This document shows positions 50,236 to 64,000 of a stretch of DNA of 64,000 bases, piece by piece. Origin of the DNA: Mytilus trossulus (lineage: Eukaryota). Under the pieces are notes generated by a model. That model saw only the letters and a program-made list of their open reading frames with translations, was not told the DNA's origin and did not search any database. Position numbers and translations under genes: made by a program. Position 1 is the first letter of the stretch. The number at the start of each line of letters is the position of its first letter. Where the stretch lies: contig NC_086381.1 of the NCBI RefSeq assembly GCF_036588685.1, positions 73,098,001 through 73,162,000 on the forward strand. The letters are read 5' to 3'.

Positions 50236-51608
50236 CAAAAACTGATGTCCTACAAATAATAATGAATTCAAAGAGACATAACCATCATTGTTTACCATTG
50301 TTCTAAGTATAGAGAAGGAAGAAAATCATTGTCATGATTTCAATAGTGAAATATCCTAAATACTCTCTGCCATGTATGTTGTAGCCATTTTTTCAAAGAC
50401 TCTGAGGTGTTGTGCAAAAAAGAATTCTATGCAAGTTTATATAAACATGTTCAAATCAAAAGTTTGTGAACATCACCAGACAAATTGTCAAATGAATATG
50501 GAGTACGATTTTATTTTTCCTTTACTGTTTTGATCCCTCATTTATTGAAGCACTTATTTGGATTAAATTCATCAACACTTTTCATGGACAAAAGCTAGGT
50601 TTAAAAAAGCCTCACACACACAAAAAACATACTGTCTCTGTTTTATAATTTTTGTCTCTCCTGCAACAAGTTGTTGATGAGAGTGAGACAAAGGAATGCT
50701 AACCTGGCTTCATTTGTTAGAAATTCTCTGTGGTCTTGATGGAGGTTGTCAGTTTGATCACTGGATTGGTTAAACCTAAGACATGAAAATTAATATTTGC
50801 GTCTTTGACTGGTGTGCTCAGAATAAGGTGTATTGGTAGGGTGACACATCTTTCAGCAGACTTAACTAGCACATTAAAAATCCATCTAGGCTTGGTGATC
50901 CAGTTCAAATTAAGGTATATTTCATATCACACCATGCAAGACCCTCATGGGTAGTCCAGCTTATTGAAACATCGTTTTGTTAATATCCTGAATATGCATT
51001 TAATTTCTACTTGATATTAAGGATGTACACCTGAGGAGCATCATTTTCATTAATCTTACTGCTGAAAAAAAATATTGTTTTATTTTTAAATTGAAATTCT
51101 CTCATGATGAGTACATTTTTGTAATAGGATAACTTAATTTGGTATATGAATTCACTGGCACTTGTCTCAGAAAAAATATTTCAGTTATATAAGGGGGGGG
51201 ACAAGTGCCTGTGTATGAATTCCTTGCAATTTTCATGGTTCATTGAACAAACTTTATTTGGTGTATGGAATTATTGTTAATTGTACATGGTTCTTCTATT
51301 AAGTTCTAACTGTGACTTCATTTTTATTTATCATTGATGATGTTATTTATGTGATGCTTGTAAATAATAAAATTGAGAAAGGAAATGCGGAATGTGTCAA
51401 AGCGATAACAACCCTAGAGCAGACAACAGCCGAAGGCCACCAATGGGTCTTCAATGTAGCGAGAAACTCCTGCACCCGGAGGCATCCTTCAGCTGGCCCC
51501 TTAAAAATATGTATACTAGTTCAGTGATAATGGACGTCATACTAAACTTCGAATTATACACAAGAAACTAAAATTAAAAATCAACAAGACTAACATATGA
51601 TATTACTA

Positions 51609-51656
51609 GGTTAAACATGTTTAAGAGATCTCAACCCTCCCCCTATACCTTTAGCC
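51609..51656 (-). ncRNA. 5' half of a twister-like ribozyme (family D, 3' half deleted)
   Basis: GGCTAAAGG-TATA-GGGG-GAGGG-...-TAA-CC. Confidence 0.55.
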
Positions 51657-51789
51657 AATGTAGAAAAGTAAACGCATAACAATACACACATTAAAATTCC
51701 GTATATTACAGACTTCTACATGCTTTCAATTATAAGAACAACAGGCTAGACATTTGTTACAATCTGAATTTCAGATAAACACAGTATTA

Positions 51790-52058
51790 GGCAGCAACCA
51801 TTTAATTTTCGGGGGGGGGGGGGGGGGGGGGGCTATTGTTATTTTGGAAAAAAAAGTTTGTTTTACAGTTTTTGGAGAAAAAAAAAATTGTTTGTTTCAC
51901 TCTCAGCTGCCACTATATGTAATGCTAAAATTGAAAGAAAAAATTGTTTTCAACTTGTCGCGTAAAAAATAGAGTGGCGAAAAAAACAGACAGGCGAAAA
52001 AAATAATTTGTCCAGAAAAAAACCCATAGCCCCCCCAGAAAATCAAATGGTTGCTGCC
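51790..52058. mobile_element. PIF/Harbinger-type MITE
   Basis: TIR GGCAGCAACCATTT / AAATGGTTGCTGCC, TTA target duplication. Confidence 0.85.
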
Positions 52059-53386
52059 TTACTGAGATTTTCAACATCTGAGGCAAAAAATGCTCAATTC
52101 ATCAATCTGTAAAACTGCTTTTGTGATTCAATTTCACAATTGATAGAGAGATCTTTTTAAATACAGTACAGTTGTTTCTCAATCATATTAAAGGGTGTGT
52201 TAAAATTAGTGGAAAATAACAAGGGGACAGTACAAAGAGTTCAAAAGTAGAAAATTTAATTAGTCTCCCCTTGACTAGAGGCATATACTTATCAACACAT
52301 AAATTCTATGGAGATAAGATATTAGAAGAATATTAACTGTCCTGCATTTCAATTCTGTCTCCACTGGCTGCACAAGGTTGTTCTTGTGTCTATACTAAAT
52401 CCATTGGATGTGTATTGATTGAAACTTTAGTTTGGGAGAATTTGATTTGTTTTAAAATTAGTTGTATTTAGCCTTTAAAATAGCTTTCAGTAATAGGGGG
52501 TAATCTTATATAGGTGTTTTGATCCTATATTTTTTATATAAGTGTTTTGTTTTGCAATAGATTAAGGTGTTTAGTTGTATCATTTGAATTGCTTCACAAT
52601 TGGTCATGTCTTGGTAATTTTAAGCTGACAATCTACTATTGATTTTGTTCATTGGTTATTATATATATAGTGACCGATTATAACATCTATGACAGTAAGA
52701 TAGAAGCAATATTACTGTATTATGATAATCATTTCTATGTGACCAACACATTGAGTGAATCATGAGTTCCTTTTGTTTATATTAACACTGTTACCTTACA
52801 TTGAAAGAAACAATACCTGGAGCAGATCCATGATCTTTTAAATGGGGAAATGGGGAGGTAGGGGTAATTCTCTAAAAGTGTACAAATATCTTCAAGCATA
52901 GGGAGGCAAACATTTTTTTGACGATTTATGCTAAGGTAGATCTATTTTCAAATCAAAAAATAGGGGGGGGGGGCTCTCTTATGTTCATCTGTCCTACCTA
53001 AATGAGCCACTGAATACTTTAATTTTCACAATTTAGTTGTAATTTTTAACCATTAAGACTTAAACCTTCAGCCAATGAAGCACAACACCTTTTATTCATA
53101 AAACTGTTTTCACTAATTTGTAAAAGGTTTCACTGATAGGATACTTAACTTTTAATTTTGACAGAAAGATCAATAAGATGATGGGTACAAAGCAACCAAA
53201 GAAGTGTACAGCAATTGATTAATGCTGAATAATCGGGGAACTATCATGGTTAAATGGTAAAAATTATGTTTGAATGGATAGTAGGTCTTACTGGTTCATG
53301 AAGCAGTGGAGTTACTGGATTCATTATTTGTATGATATTGTTAAAATAAAATTAGTTCAAAATATGTCAAGATTACACCATGCTAA

Positions 53387-54210
53387 GGGGACGACCATTT
53401 GATATTCTGGGGGGGGGGCCAGGAGGATTTTGAAAATAAATAACTCAGCCTTGATAATCACAAAAATAAATGGTTTGTTCTGTGGTAGTTTGAAAATAAA
53501 TAACCTGACTTGCAATGTATTGAAAATAAATAACTTAGCAGGTCTATAGCTTCTTGGGCCTTCAGCAGTATCAAAACCCTTCAATTTTTTTTGGCCTCGC
53601 TCCGCTCGGCAAAATATGTTTAACAATACTTTTGAAAAAGGCTAGATAAAACCAAACTAAATTAACTTTAATACTATGTATGTATGTTGTATGCAATACA
53701 TGTATATTGCTTGGGAATATAAATGATTCATTTCGTGAAGAAAATTATAAAATACTTAATCTAATTATACCAATTGTCTTTTATAATATACTTATTACTA
53801 TGTATTTGTGTTTCACTAGTCCTGTCTCGCTATGTATTATCTTAGTATATTTGTATATATATTGTCCTCTTGTACACAAGTCATGCAAGTATGTGTCTGA
53901 GGTTATGAAATAAATCTTGAATCTTAAAATTTCTGCAGGGGATACTGATCTTTTCTGATTAAATGGTACATAATGACTTGACTATACATGTATTAATCAT
54001 AATTAACAAGTATTTTAAAAAATGTATGTTTTCGACTATCATAAATATAGTTGTGAAAATGAATAATCAGTTCCTTGCTTTAATGAAAATGAAAAATCTT
54101 GCTTCAATAGTGCAGAAAATGAATAATCTGTCCTCTCAGTTTACAAAAATAAATAACCGATCAAAAACAAATCCTCCTGGCCCCCCCCAGAATATCAAAT
54201 GGTCGTCCCC
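53387..54210. mobile_element. PIF/Harbinger-type MITE
   Basis: TIR GGGGACGACCATTTGATATTCTGGGGGGGG matched at both ends, TAA target duplication, subterminal tgaaaataaataa repeats. Confidence 0.9.
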
Positions 54211-55019
54211 TAAGCACCCTCTAAATAATTAACTTTGCAAGGATCAATTAAGTCATAGTGCTTTATGGTTTTTTTTTATCCAACCAATTAACATACACAC
54301 AAATATGTGTTTTAAAGTAATATCAAAACTAGAGACATATATAATGGGTGGGGGGCGGGGGGGGGGGGGGGGGCATCACGATTTACAAGTCGTTTTTTTT
54401 TGTCAATCACGATTCACAGATAATGAATTTCCATGGTAACGGATCATGAAAATATAAAAAAAAAAATCTGTAGAAAAAAGGATCAAAATAGCGAAAACGC
54501 GCCAATCGCAAAGAACGAAATTAATAATACTTGAAAAAAGTTTTGCTCTTATTCTCTATCATTAAAAAGTATCCCATTTTTCTCTAAGTATTGATTTGTT
54601 ATTTTTCGCTATTTATTATTTTCTACCCTTCTGCACCTTTTGCACATTTTCTGTTCTGTAGGCCTCATATGATTTTGAATAAATAGCGAGAAATAACCAA
54701 TTGATCGTTGAGAGTTTTTTTTATAAGAAAGATTGAAGGAAACCTTTAAAATGAAAACTAGTAGTATTTTTTTCAATTATTGATGAGGACGAAACAATTT
54801 ACTCAATAGAAAAAGAGAAGAGAAATATGTAGAATTCTTTAAATTTTCCGCCTAAAGGGAAGTAATTCCGATTAAACTATCCTAGGAATGTACGGAATTT
54901 AGTTTTGTTTATACGATAATTATGTTGATAAATGATAATTTGCATTTGGGAAGGTAAAGATATGAAACAATAGTGTAAGGTGATTGCTTGCTGACATCCT
55001 CTGAAAAGAGAATTAAATC

Positions 55020-55260
55020 CAAAAAAACTTCGCGTTTTAACCGGAAGCAGGTGCGCGTTCTCTGCACATGCGTGAAAAATCTTTGGCAACGCTTACAAAC
55101 AAGTATCAACTCAACAGTATTTTCAGTCTTATTTTATTGAAAAACACGTGAAAAAAGAAACAATTTTAATGTTGTCATAAATGGAGAGGAAGAATACCGA
55201 GAGAGCCATAAACTGAGATTAAGAAAATAATAATTTAAACTTGGGCTTCAAAGTAGTAAG
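55020..55260 (+). promoter_or_regulatory. Candidate promoter / non-coding first exon of the PLAT-domain gene
   Basis: Local CpG-rich patch with CCGGAAG, TGCACATGCG and TGGCAAC (RFX half-site), followed by a GTAAGT donor at ~55256. Confidence 0.35.
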
Positions 55261-57580
55261 TTTAATTTTAAGTGTCAACCCTAAAATTTTGTATAGCTTT
55301 CATCTTTTATGAGTGCTGACAGCTGCATATAGTCTGTTAAACTAGAGCTAATAACGTGCAATTACTATAAAAGCTCAAAATAGAAAATCTTAATAATTTA
55401 AACATGATGTATTCTAAATAAAAAGATGTTATAATAAGATTATATTGTTGAATATTTCATTGTATTTGCTCAATAAAATTCTGCATATTTTTATATTTAT
55501 TAAATTTTATTTATAATATTAGGAGAACACATTTTGAATAATATTTCCTACAATAAAATTCAGTGTAGGATAGAAAATAATAAATGTAAAAAAAAATTGA
55601 CCTGATAATGTAAGATACTGTAAATTCAGAAATTGTTAATTCAGTGTGCATTTATTATTCTGATTTTGTTATTTTAGACTTAAATGCAATTTTAAATTTG
55701 ACGATTTTGAGAATAATTCTGTTATATTTACTTAAAGTATTTCATAATGTGAGTTTCAATTTAATATTGCGTTTACAACTCTGTCACATTTTTAACAATA
55801 ATAAAAACCTCACAATAATTTCTGAATTAACAGTATATTAAATCATAAACATTATGTTATGTATCAATAGATTTGGATGTATTCAAACTGTTTTTGCATA
55901 TATATATGAAATGCTTTTGAAAAAAATAATAATAGTCATTCAATGTAAAAATTCTCATGTTCTATTATATTTCTATTTGATTGTAACAAATTTGAGGATG
56001 ATAGAAATTGTATGTTAGCTAGTATTGCACAATATAATTCTTATTTTAATCATATGAACAGTCAAAGCAAAATTATCTGGTTATTTAGTGTAGAAAATGT
56101 TGAGTTACTTAAAATAATATGTAATTTTATATACAAACATCTTCCTTAGTGAAGATTAGTTAAAGGAGATCTATGTGTGTATATACATTTGATTGGACAT
56201 AGAAAATTATATTCATCTGAATATCACAAACATACTAGCCGATTAAAAAAATTAAAAAAATTGTTAAGATATATTATTTATTCAAATGTTCTCTTATATC
56301 CTTGAGGCATCGTCCCCTGGTATCAACAGCATTCAAGTTACCTATGATGCTTCCTTGTTTGCTTTTGATACAGGTAGGAAAGAGACATTTACACACATTT
56401 TACATGCCTATGGCCCATAAGGTATCGCCCCCTGGTGTCAGCTGCCTTTAGGAAACCATAATGCTTTCCTATTTGCTGCTGACACAGGATGAGTCATGGA
56501 CATGTTTAATTTCTACTTTCTTTTTGGCTAATTATTATATATTTAATTGATCCAACTTTTTGTGTACTATACATATGTGGATATCTATTTTTCTTTTTTT
56601 CTTTTTGGGCTACTTGTTTGTTATCTATATCAACCACACTTGCAATAAAATGCATTAGTATTAAAAAAAAACATACTATAGATTCTTTATCTACGTATTC
56701 TTTAAGAACTTAAATAGTTCTCGTTTAACTTTTTTTTTTTTTTTTTTTCTCATTGTTTGTATTGTATTATGAAATTTTTTTTATTGATGTTGTAATGTTT
56801 ATGCCCTTTGGGGCCCATAATTGGAAAATAAAATATCTTATCTTATCTTATCTTATGCATGACAATATAGGATTAAAGCCACACACTGTAACTTTTAAAT
56901 TTAAATTATATGCAGTTTTGAAAACTGCATATAATTATCGTTTGGTCATACAATTTGCTACATTAATAAATACATTAAGTTAGTATACATTTTCCACATT
57001 TAGAAGAAGTTTACTTATTTTTAATTGCTTGCTTCCAGGAAGCAATTCGCCAACATATTTTCCGTATGCATAGTGACCCGAGCGTAACCCTCCTACATGT
57101 AGTTAAAATCAGATGATCGCAATAGGCATGGATCTGTTGTTGAAATAAACAAATATCTGATTGTACATGTAAAACACATGCTCAATACCCATGCTTTTTG
57201 TTTACTATAAGGGGACAATCGGTAAAACTCAGCTTCAAAACACGGCTTTTAATGAGCAGCCATATTTGTTAAATCATAACAAACAGAGAGAAAAAAAATT
57301 AACCATTATATGATAAATTTGCAAAAATAATGATAAAATCATGCACAAAGGACTAAGTTTGTGATATATACATGCATTGGTTCAAGAATTGGATAATCAT
57401 TATTTTTCACCACTCACTTGTTTCATATGACTTTAACACAATTAGTAGGAATTTTTGTGTAAACACTGAAAAAGATAAATTTAGTAATTTTTAATCATGG
57501 CTTTCAAATCCTTAGAACAAAAAAGCTACATATGAATAACAAGAGAGTGTAAAATTAATCTTCTTTTATTACAGATTGAA

Positions 57581-60500
57581 ATGCAACAGCCATTTACGAA
57601 CTCTGAGGCAGTTAAAAGATGTCTGACTATACCTGATCATCCTATTCCTGGTGTACCTAGCTATGCACCCAAACCCCCATTTGGAACAAGCAAAAATGTC
57701 AGGAGCCGACCATATTCAGGTAAGTGCATGACACTTGGAACATACAAGAAATTTTAGTCTAATAAACATGAACACTGGTGGTCATTTTGCTTATGTAAAT
57801 TAATGTAGCTGCAGTTTAGATCATCCAGTATATTACTGTTGAAGAGCAGCAATAAAAAGTTTCGGTCTATTAGATATAAAACTTAATTGACTCTCCACAC
57901 CAGAAGTTGTTTAAGGCCTCTATGTAGGTACATGTATAATGTCATTTCTTACCATTTTAGGAATTCGTTTTCATGTGCATGTATAGTGTTAGTTTTTTAG
58001 GAATTCGTTTTCATGTGCATGTATAGTGTTAGTTTTTTTGGAATTCGTTTTTATGTGCATGTATAGTGTGCGTTTCACTTTCTTAACAATAAAAAGACAA
58101 ATTTATCATGGGTTCTTTTGTGCTGTAATAACACACCTATTGCCCATGCATGGTCCCCATAAAGGGATGTAGGATGCTAAACAATATTATTGCTGATAAA
58201 TTATATGAATAGTCTCTTGTTGATTTGATCAAGCAGTTAAATTATATAAAAGAAGATGTGGTATAATTGCCAATGAGACAACTATCCACAAAAGACCAAA
58301 ATGACACAACCATTAACAACTATAGTCACCGTACGGCCTTCAACAATGAACAAAGCCCATACTGCCTAGTCAGCTATAAAAGGCCCTGATAAGACAATGT
58401 AAAACAATTCAAACGAGAAAACTAACGGCCTTATTTATGTAAAAAAATGTTAAAGTCTATGAATACATATTTTAATATGGTTCCAGTTAGATATTATTTT
58501 TATAAACTTAAGACTAAGCAACACAAACCCCACAAAAAACTGGGGTGATCTCAGGTGCTCCAGAAGGGTAAGCAGATCCTGCTTCACATGTGGCACCTAT
58601 TGTGTTGTGAATAAACATAATGTTTTAAACCTAAACAAAATAAGTTTCTTCAATTGCATAACATTTCAACATACTTTTGCAATATATTGAGTAAGACATT
58701 TTGGTTATAATCAATACTTTTAGTGGTACTTTTTTCATCATTTCTTCTTCTAAAAATTACCTTTGTTATACATTTGTTTTTATGGATAGAAAAAAATTAC
58801 ATTAAAATGTCACTATGACATCAACTTAACAATAAACCAAAACAAACAATAGTCTTTTCTTATCCGTATTAAGAATGCACTCTTACAATTGTGTCACTGT
58901 AACCTGTAAGACAAACATAGTTTGATTATAAAATAGATAGTATTGTTATAATCCTGGCAAATGTGATAAAACATCCATGAAGATGCTTAACGAGGAAATA
59001 AATCTCCTTAATAATTTATCCTCTTGTTTCTAATGTAAATACAGAAAATCAATGTAATTTGTTGATGCTTTGTGCTATAAAGCTACATTGGTTATTGATT
59101 TGTATATAATATATAGATTGAAAAAAGGTCTGAAAAATCACTAAGTAACACGACAGGACGGACAGGACTTTCAGTTTTACCTGTAATTTTACCTGTTGTA
59201 ATGACATTGCAGTAAAACATTAATTGACTGTAGGATGTGACATTTAATTGATCATGTAAATTCCATGTTGCGGAATCTAATGAGGAATGGCTTTTGCAGT
59301 GTTAACACTTTTGTATTGTAATTTCAACAGCATATTTCTAGTAATGTTAAAAATGCCATGTTTAAATTGAGTTGTTTGTTGATTTTTGTTATCATATCCT
59401 TGAACATTTTTGCCTTTGATCTTTCTGATACACATATCTTTTGACTAGCAGATATACTGTCATGATATTAAATATTTGCAAAATAATTAGACATTACCAC
59501 AGTGGCGTGACATGAAATAACAGAGTTGTTCTACTAAGGGACATGACGCTAAGAATCTCAATTATCTCTGCTGATCATGGTGGACAATCTGTAAAAATTG
59601 TGATATGTACACTATGGATTTTCTTTTTTCACTCAGAGTATCTAATATATAGGAATGTCCTGAGGTGGGTTGACTCAAATGTATTTGAAAGTCACAAATG
59701 ATGAGACACTAAAAAAACCAGCCTGATAATATCACAAGTATTGTTAATGTGTATAGTATAATTAAGTCCTAGCATGGTGTAGCAATCAAAATTTCTGTCC
59801 CAATCAAACTGACCCTTTTCAAACAGTGGTATTTCAAAATTTATGCCTCCATAACCTTTGAATTGTAATAACCAGTTATTAGTTTAGGTGCTTTATGTGC
59901 ATGACATATTTGCAACATGAAATTAATTTAGCAAACTACAATCAATAAGTCTACATGCACATTTTTTTTCTAGACTTTGTCATGAACACAGTAAACCAAA
60001 AAAAAATTAATAAAAAAGGTATGAAATAAAAGAGAAGATCTGAATTGAAACTTTGGAGGTTCACAGAAAAAACCTCTTACAGAGAAACATTTTATGTAAC
60101 TTAAGTTTTTAAGTGGTATCATGTTGTCGTCCATGTCGTCCAAAGAAACATTTCGTTTCCAGACAATAACTTTTGTTTTAGTGAATGGATGTCTATAGAT
60201 TTTTACCAGAAGGTTCAATCAAATAAATGCATACACTGCTTTTTGCATTCTTATTGAAAATTCTTTCTGCATTATTGTAAGATCTCTGATTGAACTAAAG
60301 CAGATACCTGTTTGATTTTAATAACCAATACTGGCTGTATAGAGAATTTAAATGACTTCGTTATTGTCCGTGACATGTTTGATGTTTGTTACTGAATTTC
60401 AATGAAGAGACGGACAATGAAAGTAAATTATTATACCAGGTAGGTTTAAAGAGATCGACTTATTTATACTTAAAGGTCACTTATCACTAATATTGAAAAA

Positions 60501-63500
60501 TGTAATGCTTATAAAAATAAACTACTCCTACAATCTAAAAATAGATATTATGCTTTTAAATGGCAAAAAAACCCACAATTCCTTGACATGTTTATTTGTT
60601 TTGATCTGTTCATGGAAACTGCTATTGAATTCCTTAGACTAGCAACAGAAAATAAAATGCAATCTAGAATTATCTATGGTCCAATAAAAATGTATGTTTT
60701 GTTTTATGAAACACATTTTTTAGATATCAATGAACTGAATTGAAAATTTAAATTATTGATTATATGATAAAAAAGAAGTTTTTATTGGTGACAAATGTTC
60801 TGCATTAAAAGTTGGGATAATTGTAAAGACAGAGAATACTTGTATCACAGTTGGCCTATTAATTTCATCTGAAATCTAAACAGAGAAAGTCTAATTCTCT
60901 TGAAAAGAATATGGCACAAATAGTAATGTAAGTTGTGCATACTTATCTAATATCAGATATGCAATATAGGATTTCGAAAGGCCCTCAAAACTTGAGATTC
61001 ACAAGGGGTTGCTTTTAAATACCCCACTGAATATAGGTAATGCCCCTATAATTCTAATACTCTTGTTTTGTCTAATATATTTAATATACACGAAACGTAT
61101 ATATGTTTCCAGTATTATCAGTACAATCAGCAAGGGGGTCTCTTTTTTTTTTTATTAAAACTTCATCTTTAAGTTTGTGAAACTGTTAATAAATTGAAAA
61201 AAACATTCAAACAGGGAAACCTGAACAGTCTTATCAATATAAAAATCAAGTAACAAGAAATACTTATGAACTATTATATGTATATGCATTTATGTTTTCA
61301 GCCCCCTCAAGAAGAGTTACAGCAGGAAATTATGGAGAGCCATGGAGGTCACCAACATACAAACAACCTCACATCCCAATACCTCAGCACTACATGACAA
61401 GGCTAGCAGAAAATGCTGCACCTAATGCACCATATGCAGGTTGGTATCTTACATGAGACTGTAATATTTGGTGGCAGTGGTTAATTTATACATGATCTCA
61501 GCTAAAACAAATAAATTTGGTGGCATTTCTGAACAGCACCATTATCCCTTTAAACTTCATATGATTATGTCATTCAGTGTGATATGTTTTCAGTAATATG
61601 ATCTACTTCCTGTATTTCGAAGACATATTTTGGAGTGGTATAACTAGTGAACATTAGCTTTTTTATACTGTTTTTTTTGACAAGTTTCTTGAACAATATA
61701 TGTATACATTTTATACTTGCAGAAAGAAGAAATTACTCGTACATGAATTCTACCTTATTTAACAACACCCCATCAGACAGTCGCTGTACTATCCCTCTTC
61801 CATCTTATGATCCCATGAATGATCCACATCTGCTGGATTACTTTGAAAGAAGATTTGTTAGCGTTCAGAGAACAGCATCGGTAAGAAAAATGTCTATTTA
61901 TTGTCCTATAGAATAGGAAATAGATATAGGAAGATGTGGTATGAGTGCCAATGAGACAAATCTCTATCCAAGTCACAATTTGTAAAAGTAAACCATTATA
62001 GGTCAAAGTACAGTCTTCAACATAGAACCTTGGCTCACACCGAACAGTAAGTTATAAAGGACTACAAAATGATTATTGTAAAACAATTCAAACAGGAAAA
62101 TTATAGATCTAATCTTTATAAGAAACAAGAAACACTTATGAACCACACACACAAACTTTAACCGCTGAACCGGTTCCTGATTTTGGACAGGCACAAACAA
62201 ATGCAGCAGGTTTAAACATTTTGGAAGGTGCCAACATTTACTCAACATGAAACAGTAGTACTTTGGATTCATTTTTTTTTTCTCGTGTGTACCAATTTTC
62301 GTGGATGAAGGAAAACTTGCATTTTTGTGGACATTTAATTTCATTGTTTTGCCAAAGTCTTCATACAACCCATTATAAAAATTAGCCATTCGTTGAACAT
62401 TTAATTTTGTGATTAATTTGTACCCATGAAATCAACGAAAATTGGTATCCAATGAATAATGATGAATCTTCAGTATAACATTACAACATATAAATCCTGT
62501 TTTATTGTTCAAACAACAATTTTATATCAACCTTAAAAGCTTTCTTCATATTTAGAAAACTGTAACTTTCAAATTAGAAGTTAGAGTATCAATTTGTAAT
62601 AGATAAAAAATAAACATAGATTTGGATTTTTCTACAAAGTGTAATGTGCTATAAATCTGGTTTTATATGCTCCGTTACTGAAAATATTATGGGAGACTGT
62701 TGTCCCTCCATTCTTGGTCAGTATGTCAGATAATAACTCAAAAACACTACAAACAATTTGAAACTGTGGTGAATAGTTTATATCTATTGACGCTCCCTTT
62801 TGATTTTTATAATATTTGATTTTATATTTCTGTGTTATGGAATTTTATTCATGAAAAAGGTGATTTTCATTTTTAGAACAATATCTAACAGTGCTTTGAG
62901 CAATTTTCATGAAACTTTGGTGACTAGCTTATATTTATTTAATGTTTATGTGTTGTATCTGTTTAATTATAATTAACTTGTTTAAATGTATAGAGAAATA
63001 TGTGGAACAGACCATCAAGTGCCTCACCTAGTTTACGAACGAGGAGAATTAAAGGACAGGATGACGGAGGGGATAAATCTGTTCTGTATAAAGTTGCTGT
63101 GACAACAGGAGATAAAAAGGGATGTGGGACTGACTCAAAGGTAGATTTATATCCTGTGTATGGAAATTGATAAAAATTAGTGACTGTCAAATCTAAACTT
63201 TAAGGTGGCAACTCTTTAAATACAATACTGTTATTCCTAGTCTTATGCTATACGTTTTAAATGTTAAAAATAAAACATTTCAAATATGTATACATTGACT
63301 GCAATTTCACAACGTTTCCAATGACTGACTGTCAACTGTGGAATTGATGGATGACATCATCCAATCAAAATTGATGTTACATGCATAGTTGTTTAGATAT
63401 AGTAATCACATTATCCATACTTTTATTAGGATTTTTCATGCAGTACAATATTAAACTGTTATTCAGTGTTGGAAGAACAGAGATAAATCACAAGTTAGGA

Positions 63501-63829
63501 GTTGGGAAAACTTTAAAATTTTGACCAACTGATTGGTGTCAGTTCAATTTTTTTCTTCTTTTCCAGTTTCACAAATGTATAAGGGGAAAATATATGTTTC
63601 CATGATTTCAAAGCAAAGGATTCTGTCATGTATTTTGTTTTAATTTTTCTTACAGGTGTTTATAACATTGAAAGGAACTAAAGGAAAAGTAAAGAAACAC
63701 AGATTAACCAAGAAAGCTGGTTCTGTCAAATCTAATAAAGATGTAGCTTACAGATTTGCTAAAGGAAGTACTCATATCTTTAAAGTTAGAGGACCAGAAA
63801 TTGGAGATTTAAAGTCCATTAATATTGAG
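57581..63829 (+). CDS. PLAT/LH2-domain protein (LOXHD1-like), 5' part; continues beyond the window
   Basis: Exons 57581-57719, 61302-61439, 61723-61880, 62994-63140, 63656-63829 in consistent phase (1,1,0,0); PLAT signature YKVAVTTGDKKGCGTDSKVFITLKG...F.KGSTH.F.V....IGDLKSINIE. Confidence 0.8.
57955..58069. repeat. 40-bp tandem repeat x3 (intronic)
   Basis: gaattcgttttcatgtgcatgtatagtgttagttttttag at 57961, 58001, 58041. Confidence 0.9.
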
Positions 63830-64000
63830 GTTAGTATATATTTACACTTGCTTTTCATTTACTAAACAGGTAGTAAATGTATAGGTTCTATACATATGCA
63901 ATTGTAAAATGTTGACAATAGGTTTCCTATTGAAAGTTTTCTACAATTTTGTAAGGAAGAAGATTTAAATTTCATTTAGAATCAACCAAATCATGGATGT

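Noticed and set aside
51810-51832. Poly-G tracts as G-quadruplex regulatory elements (also ~25730, ~54350)
   Set aside because: Mostly parts of MITE termini, and homopolymer lengths are unreliable.
56309-56490. Diverged ~115-bp tandem duplication
   Set aside because: Only two decayed copies, intronic, with no structure or coding signal that I could support.

Overview
AT-rich, intron-rich eukaryotic DNA. The gene families and repeats point to a bivalve, most likely a Mytilus-type mussel (inference). Six protein-coding loci can be reconstructed from splice sites and phase: (1) two tandem minus-strand paralogues encoding a signal peptide plus PAN/Apple-like module, the complete one (5 exons, 277 aa) also carrying a C-terminal domain I cannot name; (2) a RING-less B-box/coiled-coil/beta-propeller TRIM-like gene; (3) an RHNO1 (RHINO) orthologue on the minus strand, head-to-head with (4) a 7-coding-exon FOXM1 orthologue, the same divergent arrangement known in humans; (5) the 5' part of a PLAT/LH2-domain (LOXHD1-like) gene that runs off the window. 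The non-coding space holds a decayed Gypsy (Mag-like) element, the 3' end of a Penelope-like retroelement, a short LTR with an internal tRNA-like promoter and PBS, many MITEs and a 231-bp higher-order satellite. Two self-cleaving RNA motifs are embedded in the dispersed repeats: minimal type-I hammerheads, and a circularly permuted (type-P5) twister-like fold shared with compensatory changes by at least three unrelated repeat families. All calls come from reading the sequence; no database searches were run.
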